Shown here in pieces: positions 25,144 through 37,388 of a stretch of 64,000 nucleotides of DNA. Origin of the DNA: Anthoceros angustus (lineage: Eukaryota; Plantae; Anthocerotophyta). A model generated the notes under the pieces. It ran no database searches. It was not told the origin of the DNA and saw nothing but the letters and a program-made list of their open reading frames with translations. Within the stretch, counting starts at the first letter, position 1, and the number at the start of each line of letters is the position of its first letter. The stretch lies in NCBI GenBank assembly GCA_010909165.1, contig MU008158.1, forward strand, positions 575,252 through 639,251. Reading direction: 5' to 3'. The position numbers were made by a program, and so were the translations under genes.

Positions 25144-25952
25144 TGAGCCATATGCCTAAGATCGGATCCCGCTGCCTCACATTGCCGCCCCCGCCAGTCC
25201 AATTCTGCAATCACGACTCAAATCAGATGGCTCGCGTCTCAAACACCTCCAGCGCCATCAAAGCTTCTTTTGCTTCTGCTTCTGGAGAAGCTGCATTGCC
25301 AGATTCTTGCGAAGCGAGTGTGGAAGGAGCCGAATAAACAGAAGGAGGAAGGCGGGGATTGGCAATGGCAGCCGAGGCGGCTGACACCTGGAGAGAGCGT
25401 GCTCCACGCCTCCTCTCCCGCGCTGGGGCGCCTTCTCTTACTACTTACCCGCCGGCAACTCGATTCAGATTCGGCCACCCAAGTCCGTGCAGTCGGCCGA
25501 AACGGGTCGCGACAAGACAGCCCCGCCAACTCCGGTCGCAAATACTGGGACGGTTACCAGGACATGGACTGCACCTCGTGATAACAGTAGTGTCCATTGC
25601 AATGTGCTATCTTAGGGCTACAGCACAGGGAGTTTCAGCGGGCTGTAGCTGCAAGATGGGGATATATATAGGAAAAGCGCAAGGTAACAATATTCCTTCC
25701 CCACGAGCATAAAGACTACCACCTAGTCAGGTAACCAATTTCCTGGACCAACCCCTGCATTCCTTTAATTCCTTGAAGCCAGCCAACTATCGTCACCACC
25801 TGTAGAGAACCTTTCGGAGAGGGAGGAAGCCAAAATTCCCAAGATCTTGAGAGGGTTGGCCTGGTGCCGGGGAGTTTGAGGCGCGCAAAACTGCAGCTTT
25901 GACCCTGCTGGCTTTTGCGATGGTGATATCAGCGAGCATCAGCTGTAGTGGC

Positions 25953-28900
25953 TCACGCCTCCGACTTGCTGGCGCTTGCGGTGAGAGATGAGAACAAGTT
26001 TGGCATCGATATCTCCCCAAAAGTGTCCTTCAACCTGCCCACTTGCCCATCGGTCAATATAGAGCCCAGCTTCAAGGTGCTGCTTCCGACCTGCATCTCA
26101 CGTATGACTCGTTAGGTGAAATGACTTCGAACCTTTTCCAACAGACGGAGGGTCTTTCAGCCAGCAACGAACGGAGGAAGCTTGGGGGACGCGGAAGTGA
26201 AGGCACACACGCTACACACCTGGGTCATGAAATTCTGGAAATTTTTAGCATTGGACGCTGAAGCGGGACTGTCCTCAAACTGAAATGCAGAGGCATCACC
26301 AGCACTGCCATAAGGTCTTAACCTGCTGGTGTCCTCCTCCTTTCTCCTTGGCCGAGAAGGTGTTGATGATCCATTTGTTGATAGATTTGGACCACTGCAT
26401 GAAGCAAGGTTGGTGGCCGTTACCACTGCGAACGACACAGCTGTTGAGCACAAGTGACAATGGTCGGGGACCAGAAAGAGATGCACCTGACTGGGAGGTA
26501 TGTGAATCGAGGGACTGTTGCCGACATGTTCAAAACGTTGGCATCAGAAGAAGATGGTGGTCGTTGCACATTGTCTTTGTACAGGCGATTGAGCTGCATA
26601 AGCAACCCAAACAACACAGCTGATCTCTGATAGAAGCGTCGCTCGTTTTCCCAGAGATGAGGTTCGTAACTGCAGCCCAAATCAGTATTGAAATTAGCAC
26701 GGCATCGTAGATGCAGGTCTCTGAAACAAAGCACATTGGCACAGGTGCAGCTAAAAGAGAATCATCCGAGCAGTGATGGGAGATATACTCACGTGGCCCA
26801 GTCAATTGGATCCAGCCTGCTATGCAATTTAGACGCCAGCTTTACTGCCCACTTTTTACGGGTTGATGCTAAAGCATCAGACGAACTGTGCGCTTGACTT
26901 CTCCTTATATTGGAACCTGTACCAAGAGGCTCAGAACCTCTGTCCCCTTCAGGTGCGTCCATATCTTCAGCTTTGATACTTTGGCCACCCGAAAGAACGT
27001 CTCCCAAAAAACGTACATCAAACAGGAGCTGTAGCAATCCTTTTTCTGAGATTTGAATGCGACTTGATGAAGAATCGTCAACAATACTTTCATATAAAGA
27101 AAACACCTGCACTACAAAGAAGCAGGTAAGGAAATCAGTGGTCGGAAAAATATATATACGCACATCTGTACCATACACATCTACTTCAGCACAAAACACA
27201 GTCATCGAGGCCCTACGGTTGAAAGAAATAAATTGGCACTCTGAGCCAGCCATAGAAACTTGCGCACTTACATGTTCACACAGTCTCCAGGCAAACATGC
27301 GGAGAATCACTCTGTCAAGCATGTGCCCACCAATCCTTCGTATTTCTTGGCAGGCGGCAAAGAGAGAAGCAACTGCATAAGCAGAAGGCATAGCTGGCAG
27401 TGCCATTTGCATCTCAACAAAACCACCCCCTTCTTCTTTTTGCTTCAGCACCGTCTCCTCCCAACCCTTAACAGAAAGAAGTGTCAGGACACGACAGCAC
27501 AAGAGGCATACAACAACTACACTAAATTTCACAAGCCCACTTTCTTACCTTCAATGGATGTGTTGTTGCTAGACATTCGTCTTTAAACAAGTCTCTCATT
27601 AGGCAGGTAACGAGTTCCTCGGTGCTCCATGAAATCCAGATTTCATGAGCAGCAATGCTCTGACGCCTTAAACTCCGCTGTAGATGTGCAAGCTTCAACG
27701 AGCCTTCATCCTCACCACCTGCGCCAGCCCGCCGTGTGTGCAACCGCCTTCCAGTTCCCTGTGGTTCAGAATCCAGCCACGAATGCTGCCTCCATGACAA
27801 CAAAGTTCCCCTAGAATTTGAGCTGGTGGTCTCTCTTGAGATCCAAAGGGCTGGAGGCCCAAGAATCACACAAAGTGCAGACGAGTTGCGGGCCAAAGCA
27901 GCTGCTAGCCTTCCCAAAAATAAAGATCTCTCGACAATAAGTGACACATCTCCAACCTCTGGAACAGCCATCTCTGAATCCTTGAGGGAGACCGGAGGCT
28001 GCTTTGTCACATTTTTGGAGGACCTGCCCTCTGTATTTACATTCACATCGGACAGAACCCTATTTGAGCTTTCGGATGCACGCTTCTTGCTCTCAGCCAG
28101 AGATGTAAGTCTGGTAGAAATCTCTGAAACCACGCTTGCCACGCACTTATGGCACTGCTCCTGGAGAAAAGGAGCAAGCTCTGTCATCCTTGCAGAGGTC
28201 TCAGGACCCTGCAGAAAGGTCACAGCGTCTTCAAGAATCTTGTGCAGTCCTCCATCAATGGTGTCCTTAACCCCTGCAACATCCTGACCGTACCAGGAGT
28301 TCAGGCTGTCCGAGAGGTCTTTCACATCCTTAGATGACTTCCAAAGAGGATCCCCACCGGTCAGATTGCCCTGACCAACAGAAGCCTCAAGCCCTTTCAT
28401 CGTGTGGCTATCTTGGAAGGAAGAGAACGCGCCACCATGCAGAGCATACGGACTGTCCAAGCTCAGGTACTGGACCAACGACGACGATGACTTGACAGCA
28501 GCAAGACATTCGTCTAGCTTTGTCCCTACACTGATTTCACCGAACTTCAAGGTGATGATTCCCTTAGCCCTCCTCACAAAAACCTTCTCAAATACGGCAG
28601 CCCATATGTTAACCGGCTGGTTGAGCAACAGATCACACACACGGTCCCACGGGGAATCAATGTCCTTGCCGAAGGCACTTTTCAGCCAATCTAAACTGGC
28701 GTCCATTGCAGCATGTGTCTCCAAAGCCTCTCTTATCGATTTCTCTATGTCCGCAAGCTCACTAACGCTCTTGATCTCTTCAAGCAGGAGCTTGCCCTCT
28801 ACAGATATTTCCTCCGCACACGCACTCAGCCATGAAACACAGGCCTGCGATATCTGCTTGCTACTCAACGGAACCATGCAGCTCTCCACCTTGTCTCTGT

Positions 28901-29894
28901 GAGCCTTCCAAAGCCGGACTTCCTTTTCCGGATTCGGAATACCACCAAAGAGCTGCGATGCCGGAGGGGACGTCAGCACCGTGCTGAACAAAAGTGGTGC
29001 CTTCCCATTCGACACCTCCAGAAACAGTTCCCCGACATGACACAGGGAAGACTGGATCATGAACACCAGTCTGTGAAGCAGTGCAGAAACGGCCGCCACC
29101 TCCAACAAAGGGGCTAAATCCGCTCCTCCAGCTCCCTTATCCCTCACCAGCCTATCCCTACCAGCAAAAGCTGCCCTGAGCTGACTCCGGATCCACGATC
29201 TGCGAGTCTCCAGGAAAAGAGAGAACACCTGCCCAGACGTGAGCTCATCCGTAGTCGCCACAGCCGCAAGAGCGACGGCGTACTCAGCAACCTGCAACCC
29301 GGGCTCCTGCAATCGCTCCCTGCTCCTCTTGGAAATCTGGTCTCGAAGACTCTCCACCAGCGGCCCCCGCTGCTTGAGCAGCGGGCAATTGGCCAGCAAC
29401 TCCGTCTTCTCCTCCGACAGCAGCGCGTGCACCTCCCTGGCCCTCCAATACCTCTCCGACCCCTCCAAATACATATGCTTGTCCAAACACCCCCAGATCT
29501 TCTCCGGCGTGTCCACCAGAAACTTGAGCCGGCTGGCGGTTCCGTACAGCTGCTCCCTCCTGCTCCTCTCCTGGTCCGCCTCCGCAGACGTCCGCTGCAC
29601 TACAATAGTCCGCTTCAAGCTCTCAAACCCGTGCTCCATTTTCCGGATATTGTCCGCCACAGCCTCGCACGATTTCTTCATCAACACGATAGAATCCGCG
29701 CTCTCGATCAGGTCCCTATAGCTGGCCCCGACCAGCTGCCGTAGCTCCTCCTTCTTCTCCTCGATCTCCCTGCGCGTCCTGCTCTCCACCTCCCGGATCT
29801 CCGCAACCGTGCGCGTCTCGAACAGCGCCTCGGCATTCCGAATGTTGGCATCGTCCGCCGCTCCGATCGCGGGGAATCTGCCCCCCATCCTCAT
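25953..29894 (-). CDS. COG1: Conserved oligomeric Golgi complex subunit 1; exons 29894-27549, 27466-27272, 27106-26793, 26669-~26400 region, ~26400-26220, 26090-25953
   Basis: AEALF..RTVAEIREVE.RTRREIEEKKEELRQLVGASYRDLIESADSI; GWEETV, LLFDVRFL, RLDPIDWATYEPHLWENE, STLKLGSILTDGQVG; GT-AG junctions. Confidence 0.92.
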
Positions 29895-30085
29895 CCTGCT
29901 GCATCTGCTGCTCCACCTCCTGCTCCCGCTTTCCTGCACTGCGCTGCTCTCCCGAGCAACCAACAACGCCTTTCCCTCCCCCGAGTCGGGCCTTTTTCGT
30001 TTTATACCAATTCCAAGCTCCACTCTGCATATGCCAGTCTGCAACAACTTTTTTTCATCTCCACCATAAGGGTGGAAACGATATT

Positions 30086-30093
30086 TAGGGTTT
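30086..30093. promoter_or_regulatory. Telo-box (TAGGGTTT) in the ~330-bp divergent COG1/PRP16 intergenic region
   Basis: Exact telo-box motif between two head-to-head start codons. Confidence 0.4.
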
Positions 30094-30222
30094 TCCCTTT
30101 CCCATTAAATGGTAGTCTCGTCGCCTCATTCTGTTTCCAGCACGCCTGGAGACCGCGCTTTGCCGAGGCCTTGCTATGGCGTGAGAGTAGAAGGTGCTCG
30201 CGGCCTTCAGATCAAAGCGTAA

Positions 30223-33200
30223 ATGGCCGGCTTCAAGGTGGCCGGATTCGCTCAGGTTCTGGAGCGGCTGGAGGCGGAAGCGCCGGCATCAGGAGGTCTC
30301 CAGCAGCCTACTGGCGCTGAGCGAGTGGTGTTCAAAGTGCCGGCTGAACGGAAGTCTGTTCTAGGGCTTGATGCCCTGGCTCGAGCCAAGAGAGCAGCCG
30401 AGGGAGAGCTGCCCGGCGCCGGGGCCAAGCGGACGCATGTGGAATCGGAAGCAGCATCAGCAGCAGCTCAAGACCGGGATATCGATGATCAGCGGGAGCA
30501 GCAGGAACAGGAGCAAGGTCACGATGAGGAGCAGGAGAAATTGCAGGAGAGGAAGGCGCCTGGAAATGGAGCTCACCCGGGGCCGAGCAGCAGGATCGTG
30601 GCGGGGAGGAATTACCGTAGCCTGCGCCCGCCGGACACGCCGTCTCATCCAGGAGGAGTGAACGAGGATGTGGCCGCCGCCATTGCCAAGCGGGCCAAGG
30701 ACAGGCGACCGCCGCTGGATCCCGCTCGGAACCGCGGGAGGGACGACCGGTGGAACCCGGGCGGTGACCGGCACAGGCCGCCACGGAGCGAGGATCGGAG
30801 CAGGGAACGGGACAGGGATTGGAGGGACGGGAGGGAGCTGGGTTCGCGGAGCAGCGGGAGCGGGAGCGGGAGCGGGAGCGGGAGCAGCAGGGGGTCGAAC
30901 CAGCACCAGCGGAGGAGCTCGAGCTCGGCGTGGGACGATGGGAGGTGGGAGTGGGAGGACACTCCTCGGCGGTCAGGATCGTCGAGGGAGCACTCCCGGG
31001 GGCCTCCGTCGCCTGCGCCGTTTATCCCGCCGTCGCCGGCGGAGTCGCTCCTGGTGTCGCCTTGGGGCGGGGACACTCCCTACGACCGGGGCGTCGGCGT
31101 GGGACATGGCGTCGCCTGCCCCGGAGAGGATACGGGCCGGGAGCGCGGCGTCGAGGGAGAGTTCCGGGAGTGGTGGGCGGAGGGAAAGGCATCACATGAC
31201 GTTCAGGCAACAGGGGAGCTCAGCGTCTGGGGATGGGCAGGAGATTGTGTTCCGGAGCAGGAGGCAGCTGACTGAGGAGGAGATGCGGGCGGAGATGGAG
31301 GCTGCGGAGATGGTGTCCGACAGGTCGTGGTACGACCGGGATGAGGGGGGTTCCACTGCGTTCGAGGCGGAGGGGAGCGAGCCGTTTTTGGGCGACGAGG
31401 CTACGTTCAAGAAGAGGGAGGCTGAAATGGCGAAGCGACTGACGCGGAGGGATGGGTCGCAGATGAGTCTGGCTCAGAGCAAGAAGCTCTCGCAGCTGAG
31501 TGCGGATAATGCGCAGTGGGAGGATCGGCAGCTTCTCAGGTCGGGGGCGGTGCGGAGCACGGAGCAGCAGACGGAGTTTGATGACGAGGAGGAGAGCAGG
31601 GTGATTTTGCTGGTGCATGATACCAAGCCACCGTTTCTGGACGGGAGGGTGGTGTTTACCAAGCAGTCTGAGCCCGTGATGCCGGTTAAGGATCCCACGT
31701 CTGACATGGCTATTATTGCGAGAAAGGGTTCTGTGCTTGTTCGGGAGATTCGGGAGAAGCAGAGCCAGAACAAGTCCCGGCAGCGGTTCTGGGAGCTTGC
31801 TGGGTCGAAGTTGGGGAACATTCTGGGGGTTGAGAAGACGGAGGATCAGATTGATGCTGACAATGTTGAGGTGGGTGATGAGGGTGAAGTTGACTTCAGG
31901 AAGAACAACAAGTTTGCGACTCACATGAAGGACAATAAAAGTCAGGCTTCCAGTAACTTTGCGAGGGAGAAGACTTTGATGGAGCAGAGGCAGTATCTGC
32001 CGATATTTTCTATAAGGGATGACCTTCTCCAGGTGATTAGGGACAACCAGGTGATAGTGGTTGTTGGAGAGACGGGATCTGGAAAGACTACTCAGATGAC
32101 TCAGTATCTGCATGAGGATGGATATACTAGGAACGGCATGATTGGTTGTACTCAGCCCAGGCGTGTGGCAGCGATGAGTGTTGCTAAGCGTGTCAGTGAC
32201 GAGATGGATTGTGAGCTAGGTGAGAAGGTTGGATATGCTATCCGATTCGAAGATGTCACTAGCGACAAGACTGTCATCAAATACATGACAGATGGTGTGC
32301 TTCTTCGAGAGACGTTGCGAGAGTCTGACCTTGACGGTTACAGTGTGGTGATTATGGACGAGGCCCATGAACGATCTCTGAACACGGATGTGCTGTTTGG
32401 CATTCTGAAGCAGGTTGTGGCACGCCGACGAGATTTTAAGCTCATTGTGACTTCAGCGACTCTGAATGCTCAGAAGTTCTCCAATTTCTTTGGGAGTGTT
32501 CCTGTATTCCATATCCCAGGGCGAACGTTTCCTGTGAACATTCTTTACAGCAAGACTCCTTGTGAAGATTATGTGGATGCAGCAGTCAAGCAAGCCATGG
32601 CAATACACATCACCTCTCCGCCAGGTGATATTCTCGTTTTTATGACTGGCCAAGACGAAATTGAGTGTTGCTGTTTTGCACTAGCAGAACGAATCCAGCA
32701 ATTGGAGGACAGCTCAGACAAGGCAGTGGCTCCTCTGTCAATTCTTCCCATATACTCTCAATTGCCAGCTGACCTGCAGGCCAAGATATTTCAGAAGGCA
32801 GATGATGGTGCTCGCAAGTGTATAGTGGCCACCAACATTGCAGAGACATCCTTAACTGTGGATGGTATTTACTACGTCATTGACTCGGGGTATGGAAAGA
32901 TCAAAGTCTACAACCCGAGAATGGGTATGGACGCGCTACAAGTTTTTCCGGTGAGTCGTGCAGCAGCAGATCAACGCTCTGGCCGAGCAGGCCGTACGGG
33001 TCCAGGAACTTGCTATCGCCTCTACACGGAAACAGCTTATCAAAACGAAATGTTGCCGAATCCGGTGCCAGAGATTCAACGCACCAATTTGGGCAACGTG
33101 GTTTTGTTGCTGAAGTCTCTCAAAATTGAAAACCTGCTGGACTTCGATTTCATGGACCCACCACCACAGGAGAATATTCTGAACTCCATGTACCAACTGT

Positions 33201-34096
33201 GGGTTCTGGGTGCTCTGGACAATGTAGGTGGGCTCACGTCTTTGGGACGGAAGATGGTGGAATTCCCTCTCGATCCATCTCTAGCAAAAATGCTCCTGAT
33301 GGGGGATGAATTAGGCTGTGTGAGTGAGGTTCTGACCATTGTGTCCATGCTGTCAGTTCCTTCAGTCTTCTTCAGGCCAAAAGACCGTGCTGAAGAGAGT
33401 GATTCTGCAAGGGAGAAGTTCTTTGTGCCAGAAAGTGACCACCTTACTCTCCTAAATGTGTACCAGCAATGGGAAGCTAACCAGTGTCGGGGTGATTGGT
33501 GCAACGATCATTATCTGCATGTGAAGGGCCTTCGTAAAGCTCGAGAGGTGCGTTCTCAGCTTCTTGACATTCTGAAGATGCAAAAGATAGCACTGTCTAC
33601 ATCACCTTCTGATTGGGATATGGTGCGGAAGGCAATTTGTTCATCTTATTTCCACAACTCTGCCCGTCTCAAAGGTGTTGGTGAGTACGTGAACTGCAGG
33701 ACGGGCATGCCCTGTCATCTCCATCCAAGCAGTGCCCTGTATGGGCTCGGATATACACCGGACTATATTGTCTATCACGAACTTGTCCTGACCTCAAAGG
33801 AGTACATGCAATGTGTCACAGCTGTTGAGCCGCAGTGGCTTGCAGAGCTGGGTCCAATGTTCTTCTCAGTGAAGGACTCCAATACGTCGAGACTTCAACA
33901 GATTCGGAAGCAGCGAGAGGAAAAGACAGCTATGGAGCAGGAAATGGATGAGCTACGGAAGAGGCAAGCTGTGGAAGAGGAGATGAAGAAGGAGAAAGAA
34001 CAGGCAGCACGACAGAAGGAGAAGCAGACATTGTCCACTTTTAGCCGGAGAGAACCTGGAACGCCAGCTCGTACTCCCAGGCGGCTGGGCCTGTAG
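30223..34096 (+). CDS. PRP16: Pre-mRNA-splicing DEAH-box RNA helicase PRP16 (DHX38), intronless, with an apparent 1-bp frameshift at about 31088-31091
   Basis: ORFs 30223-31275 and 30668-34096 join if one G is removed from GGGG, giving 3873 nt; motifs [46 protein letters not shown]. Confidence 0.93.
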
Positions 34097-34715
34097 AGAT
34101 GGGATCATCTCCAGATTAACTGCAGACTTGCAGTCGGGCACTTGATCTTTTTTTCACGACCTCAGTATATGCTCCTGGGTGTATTGTATGTCAAAAGTTT
34201 TTCCACAGTTTCGGTCCGATCTGTGATTTTTTTCGTTTGTAGGATCACTTCCTGTCATCAATTGCTTGGAACATTCCTTCCAATCGTGGTTGATTGTGGA
34301 GGTTCACTGTGTGGTTTCTCAGGCTTTACACATATTTGTCGAAGAGAAAAGGCTGTCAACGGCTGAACCAAGGGTGTTTATGTGACAGCTATTTGAGCTT
34401 AGGATTTTCTAACGGTGAGATGGGTAACAACCTTGAATGGTTACTTAAGTTATCACTACTATGTTTGAGGTGTGCTTCGGTGGTGGTCTGATGAGGCTGC
34501 CTATCTCCTGTCACAGTTTTGCAGCCGCTGGAAGAGGACGGACATCTAGGTGGTGCTGTATGGCAGGCTGGATTGTAGTGACGAGGGTAACTGAACGAAA
34601 GCGTACCGTCCAAAGCTTGTATATACATAGTGAAAGCCTGTAGCTAGTATGAGTGTGATTTTGTTAACTCGAGCGGCGTCTTGCATACACCGCAGCTCTT
34701 ATTAGGCAGTGAGCC

Positions 34716-36839
34716 ATGTCAGTGTGGAGTGTGGTTGCACTCGAACCATCCAAATTGCAAGAGAAGCCGTTGTGCATCCGATTGAGTGTTGTAGGAACAG
34801 CTCCCTCCCGTCTAACCTCCTCCAGGAACCAAGGCTCGGGACGCAGGCATTTTGGGAGGTGGACCATATCTGCAATCAGCCTAGTCCCAGCCCGTCAAGC
34901 TGCTCTGGATGGTCGCTCTATCTCCTACAAGAGCTTGCCGGAGGAGCGGCCGGAGTACGGCAGGCGCGTGTCGGGCAGAACTGTGAGCAAGCTATGCCAA
35001 GACGGCCATCTCACTGAGGCCGTTGAGGCTTTGGAGTTTCTGGTGCACACCGGCCGTTCTGTCTCCAAAGCTTTCCTCTACGCAGTCCTGAAGAAATGTG
35101 CAATCAAGAAGGAACTTGGTCTGGGAAGCCGCGTCCATGCTTTGACTGTGAGAAAGGGGTACCAGGCAGACCCGTTCCTGTGCAACCACATACTGCGGAT
35201 GTATGCTTCTCATGGCAGGTTGCAAGACGCGATGGATGTGTTTCAAGGTGTTGCCTCACCGGATGCCTTCATGTGGTCATCCATAATCTCTGCGCATGTT
35301 AAGCATCGACGAGATGGGCAGGCCGTAGAACTGTACCATCGGATGCGCAGGTCCAGCGTGAAGCCAGACGGGCATGTGTTTGTGGCAGCCCTCCAGGCTT
35401 GTGCCAGGAGCGGAGACTTGAAGTCCGGCCAGCGGGTGCATGCTGATGTTTTGGCCAGTGGCCTTGAGCCTGATCTATTCGTCTGTAGTGGCTTGGTGGA
35501 CATGTATGCAAAGTGTGGCAGCTTGGAGGATGCGAGGGGTGTGTTTGACGGACTTGGAGCGAAAAATGTGGTAATATGGAATGCTATGATCGCTGGCTAT
35601 TCCCAGCATAACATGGGCCAGGAAGCCCTGCGTCTTTACAGTGCTATGCAAGAAGAAGGCAAGGCACCCAATGGCGTTACATTTTTGGCTGTGCTGCAGG
35701 CATGTGCAAGTGTTGGCACCCCGGCCTTGGAGAAGGGGAAGCAGCTTCATTTAAAGATCAGGGAACTAGGGCATGAAGCTGATGTATTTGTAGCCAGCAG
35801 TTTGGTCAACATGTATGCAAAGTGTGGGAGCGTAGAAGACGCGCAGACGGTGTTTGACAGGCTTGGTCACAAAAATGTGGTCACATGGACTGCCATGATA
35901 GCAGGATATTCCCAGCAGGGGATGGGCCAGGAAGCCCTTCGTCTTTACAGTGCTATGCAACGAGAAGGATTGGCGGTACCCAATTCTGTGACATATATGT
36001 GCCTCCTCCAGGCATGTGCAGATGTCGCAGCTCTGAATTTAGGAAGGCAGCTTCATGCACAGATTGTAGATCAAGGGCTTCAGGCTGATGTGTGTGTAAC
36101 CGGCAGTCTGATTAACATGTATGGGAAGTGTGGGAGTATGGTTGATGCACAGCAGGTGTTCGACGCGTTGCGTGAAAGAGACCTTGTCGCCTGGAGTGCA
36201 CTGATTGCAGGCTACACCTATCAGGGTGAAAGTGAAGTGGTCTTTGGCTTAGTACAAAGAATGAGAGAGGATGGACGGCAGCCAGACAGCATCACATTCC
36301 TCAGTCTACTAACAGTATGCAGCCATGCGGGTCTGGTGGAGAAGGGCTGGGAGTACTTTCATGCCATGGCCAGCCAGCACGGCATCACTCCTACAGTGGA
36401 GCACTACGCTTGCATGGTGGATATCCTGGGCCGTGCAGGACGGTTGGACGAGGCACTGGCGTTGGTGAACTCAATGCCTGTATTGCCTACTACTGCAGTT
36501 TGGCACACACTGCTGGGTAGTTGTCGAAAGTGGAGGAACGTGGATGTGGGACGTCATGCTTTCAATGAAGCAGTGAAGATAGACAAGAAAGATGCCGCAG
36601 CACATGTGTTGATGTCAAATGTCTACGTTGGTGCGCATATGTGGGAGCTTGCACGGAAGATACAGGCGAGGAGGAAAAAAATCAGGGCGTGGAAGCAGCC
36701 AGCGCAAAGCTGGTGGACAGACAAGGACGGACTTGTGCACAGTTTCTTGGTTGGGGATGAAAAGCTTCCGGAGAATCGGACAAGTGTGACTCTTGAACTT
36801 TCGAAGGTGAAGGGTACATTCGGTATCGTATGTATCTGA
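34716..36839 (+). CDS. PLS-class pentatricopeptide repeat protein with E domain and SWWTD-type PG box, no DYW; organellar RNA-editing-factor type
   Basis: Repeated P/L/S motifs (LVDMYAKCGS, WNAMIAGY, TFLAVLQAC), HYACMVDILGRAG, KQPAQSWWTDKDGLVHSFLVGD; stop about 25 aa later; no HSEK or CxxC found downstream. Confidence 0.92.
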   Translation: MSVWSVVALEPSKLQEKPLCIRLSVVGTAPSRLTSSRNQGSGRRHFGRWTISAISLVPARQAALDGRSISYKSLPEERPEYGRRVSGRTVSKLCQDGHLTEAVEALEFLVHTGRSVSKAFLYAVLKKCAIKKELGLGSRVHALTVRKGYQADPFLCNHILRMYASHGRLQDAMDVFQGVASPDAFMWSSIISAHVKHRRDGQAVELYHRMRRSSVKPDGHVFVAALQACARSGDLKSGQRVHADVLASGLEPDLFVCSGLVDMYAKCGSLEDARGVFDGLGAKNVVIWNAMIAGYSQHNMGQEALRLYSAMQEEGKAPNGVTFLAVLQACASVGTPALEKGKQLHLKIRELGHEADVFVASSLVNMYAKCGSVEDAQTVFDRLGHKNVVTWTAMIAGYSQQGMGQEALRLYSAMQREGLAVPNSVTYMCLLQACADVAALNLGRQLHAQIVDQGLQADVCVTGSLINMYGKCGSMVDAQQVFDALRERDLVAWSALIAGYTYQGESEVVFGLVQRMREDGRQPDSITFLSLLTVCSHAGLVEKGWEYFHAMASQHGITPTVEHYACMVDILGRAGRLDEALALVNSMPVLPTTAVWHTLLGSCRKWRNVDVGRHAFNEAVKIDKKDAAAHVLMSNVYVGAHMWELARKIQARRKKIRAWKQPAQSWWTDKDGLVHSFLVGDEKLPENRTSVTLELSKVKGTFGIVCI

Positions 36840-36982
36840 TAATTGGTGCAGGCACAGGGCGAAGCTGTCGACCTTGTACGCCCTAAGCAACACTTCCGAG
36901 ATGACCATAATAAATGTGAACTTCTCCTCACTGTTACATCATGATGAATTGAGTCCATGTCGAGAGCTTGTGGTTAACAGTC

Positions 36983-37115
36983 GAACACTCCGTGCGTCAT
37001 ACCACAAAATGAGACACTCCGTGAGTCATACCACAAAATGGAACACTCCGCGTGAGTCATACCACAAAATGGAGTTCGAACAGTCTGTGAGTCATATCAC
37101 AAAATGGAGTTCGAA
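36983..37115. repeat. 29-35-bp tandem repeat x4 at the left border of the large array
   Basis: (gaa/aga)cactccgtgagtcataccacaaaatg with variants. Confidence 0.9.
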
Positions 37116-37388
37116 TGAAATGATGGTAAACATCTTGTACTGATTCTATGCATCAAACAATTCAAATGTATCCTTTCTAACCACTCTGACGCACGCAACC
37201 GTGGCATCCTCGGACTATCATGTACATGATGGGAGTGGGTCGTCCCGGGACTCATGGCGCGATTCTCTCGTCCCGAGAATGTCATGTATGAGTCGCGGTG
37301 GTCCGTCGTAGGACTCCTGACGCGCACGAGTGGAACGATAACTTTGAAGAAGGTTTTAACATAACGTATAAAAATATGGATTATCTAG

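Noticed and set aside
30851-30890. (AGCGGG)n repeat
   Set aside because: Encodes the Ser-Gly linker in the disordered PRP16 N terminus; not an independent element.
36983-37115. Possible CRISPR-like array
   Set aside because: Repeats are contiguous with no unique spacers, no cas genes are present, and the context is eukaryotic.
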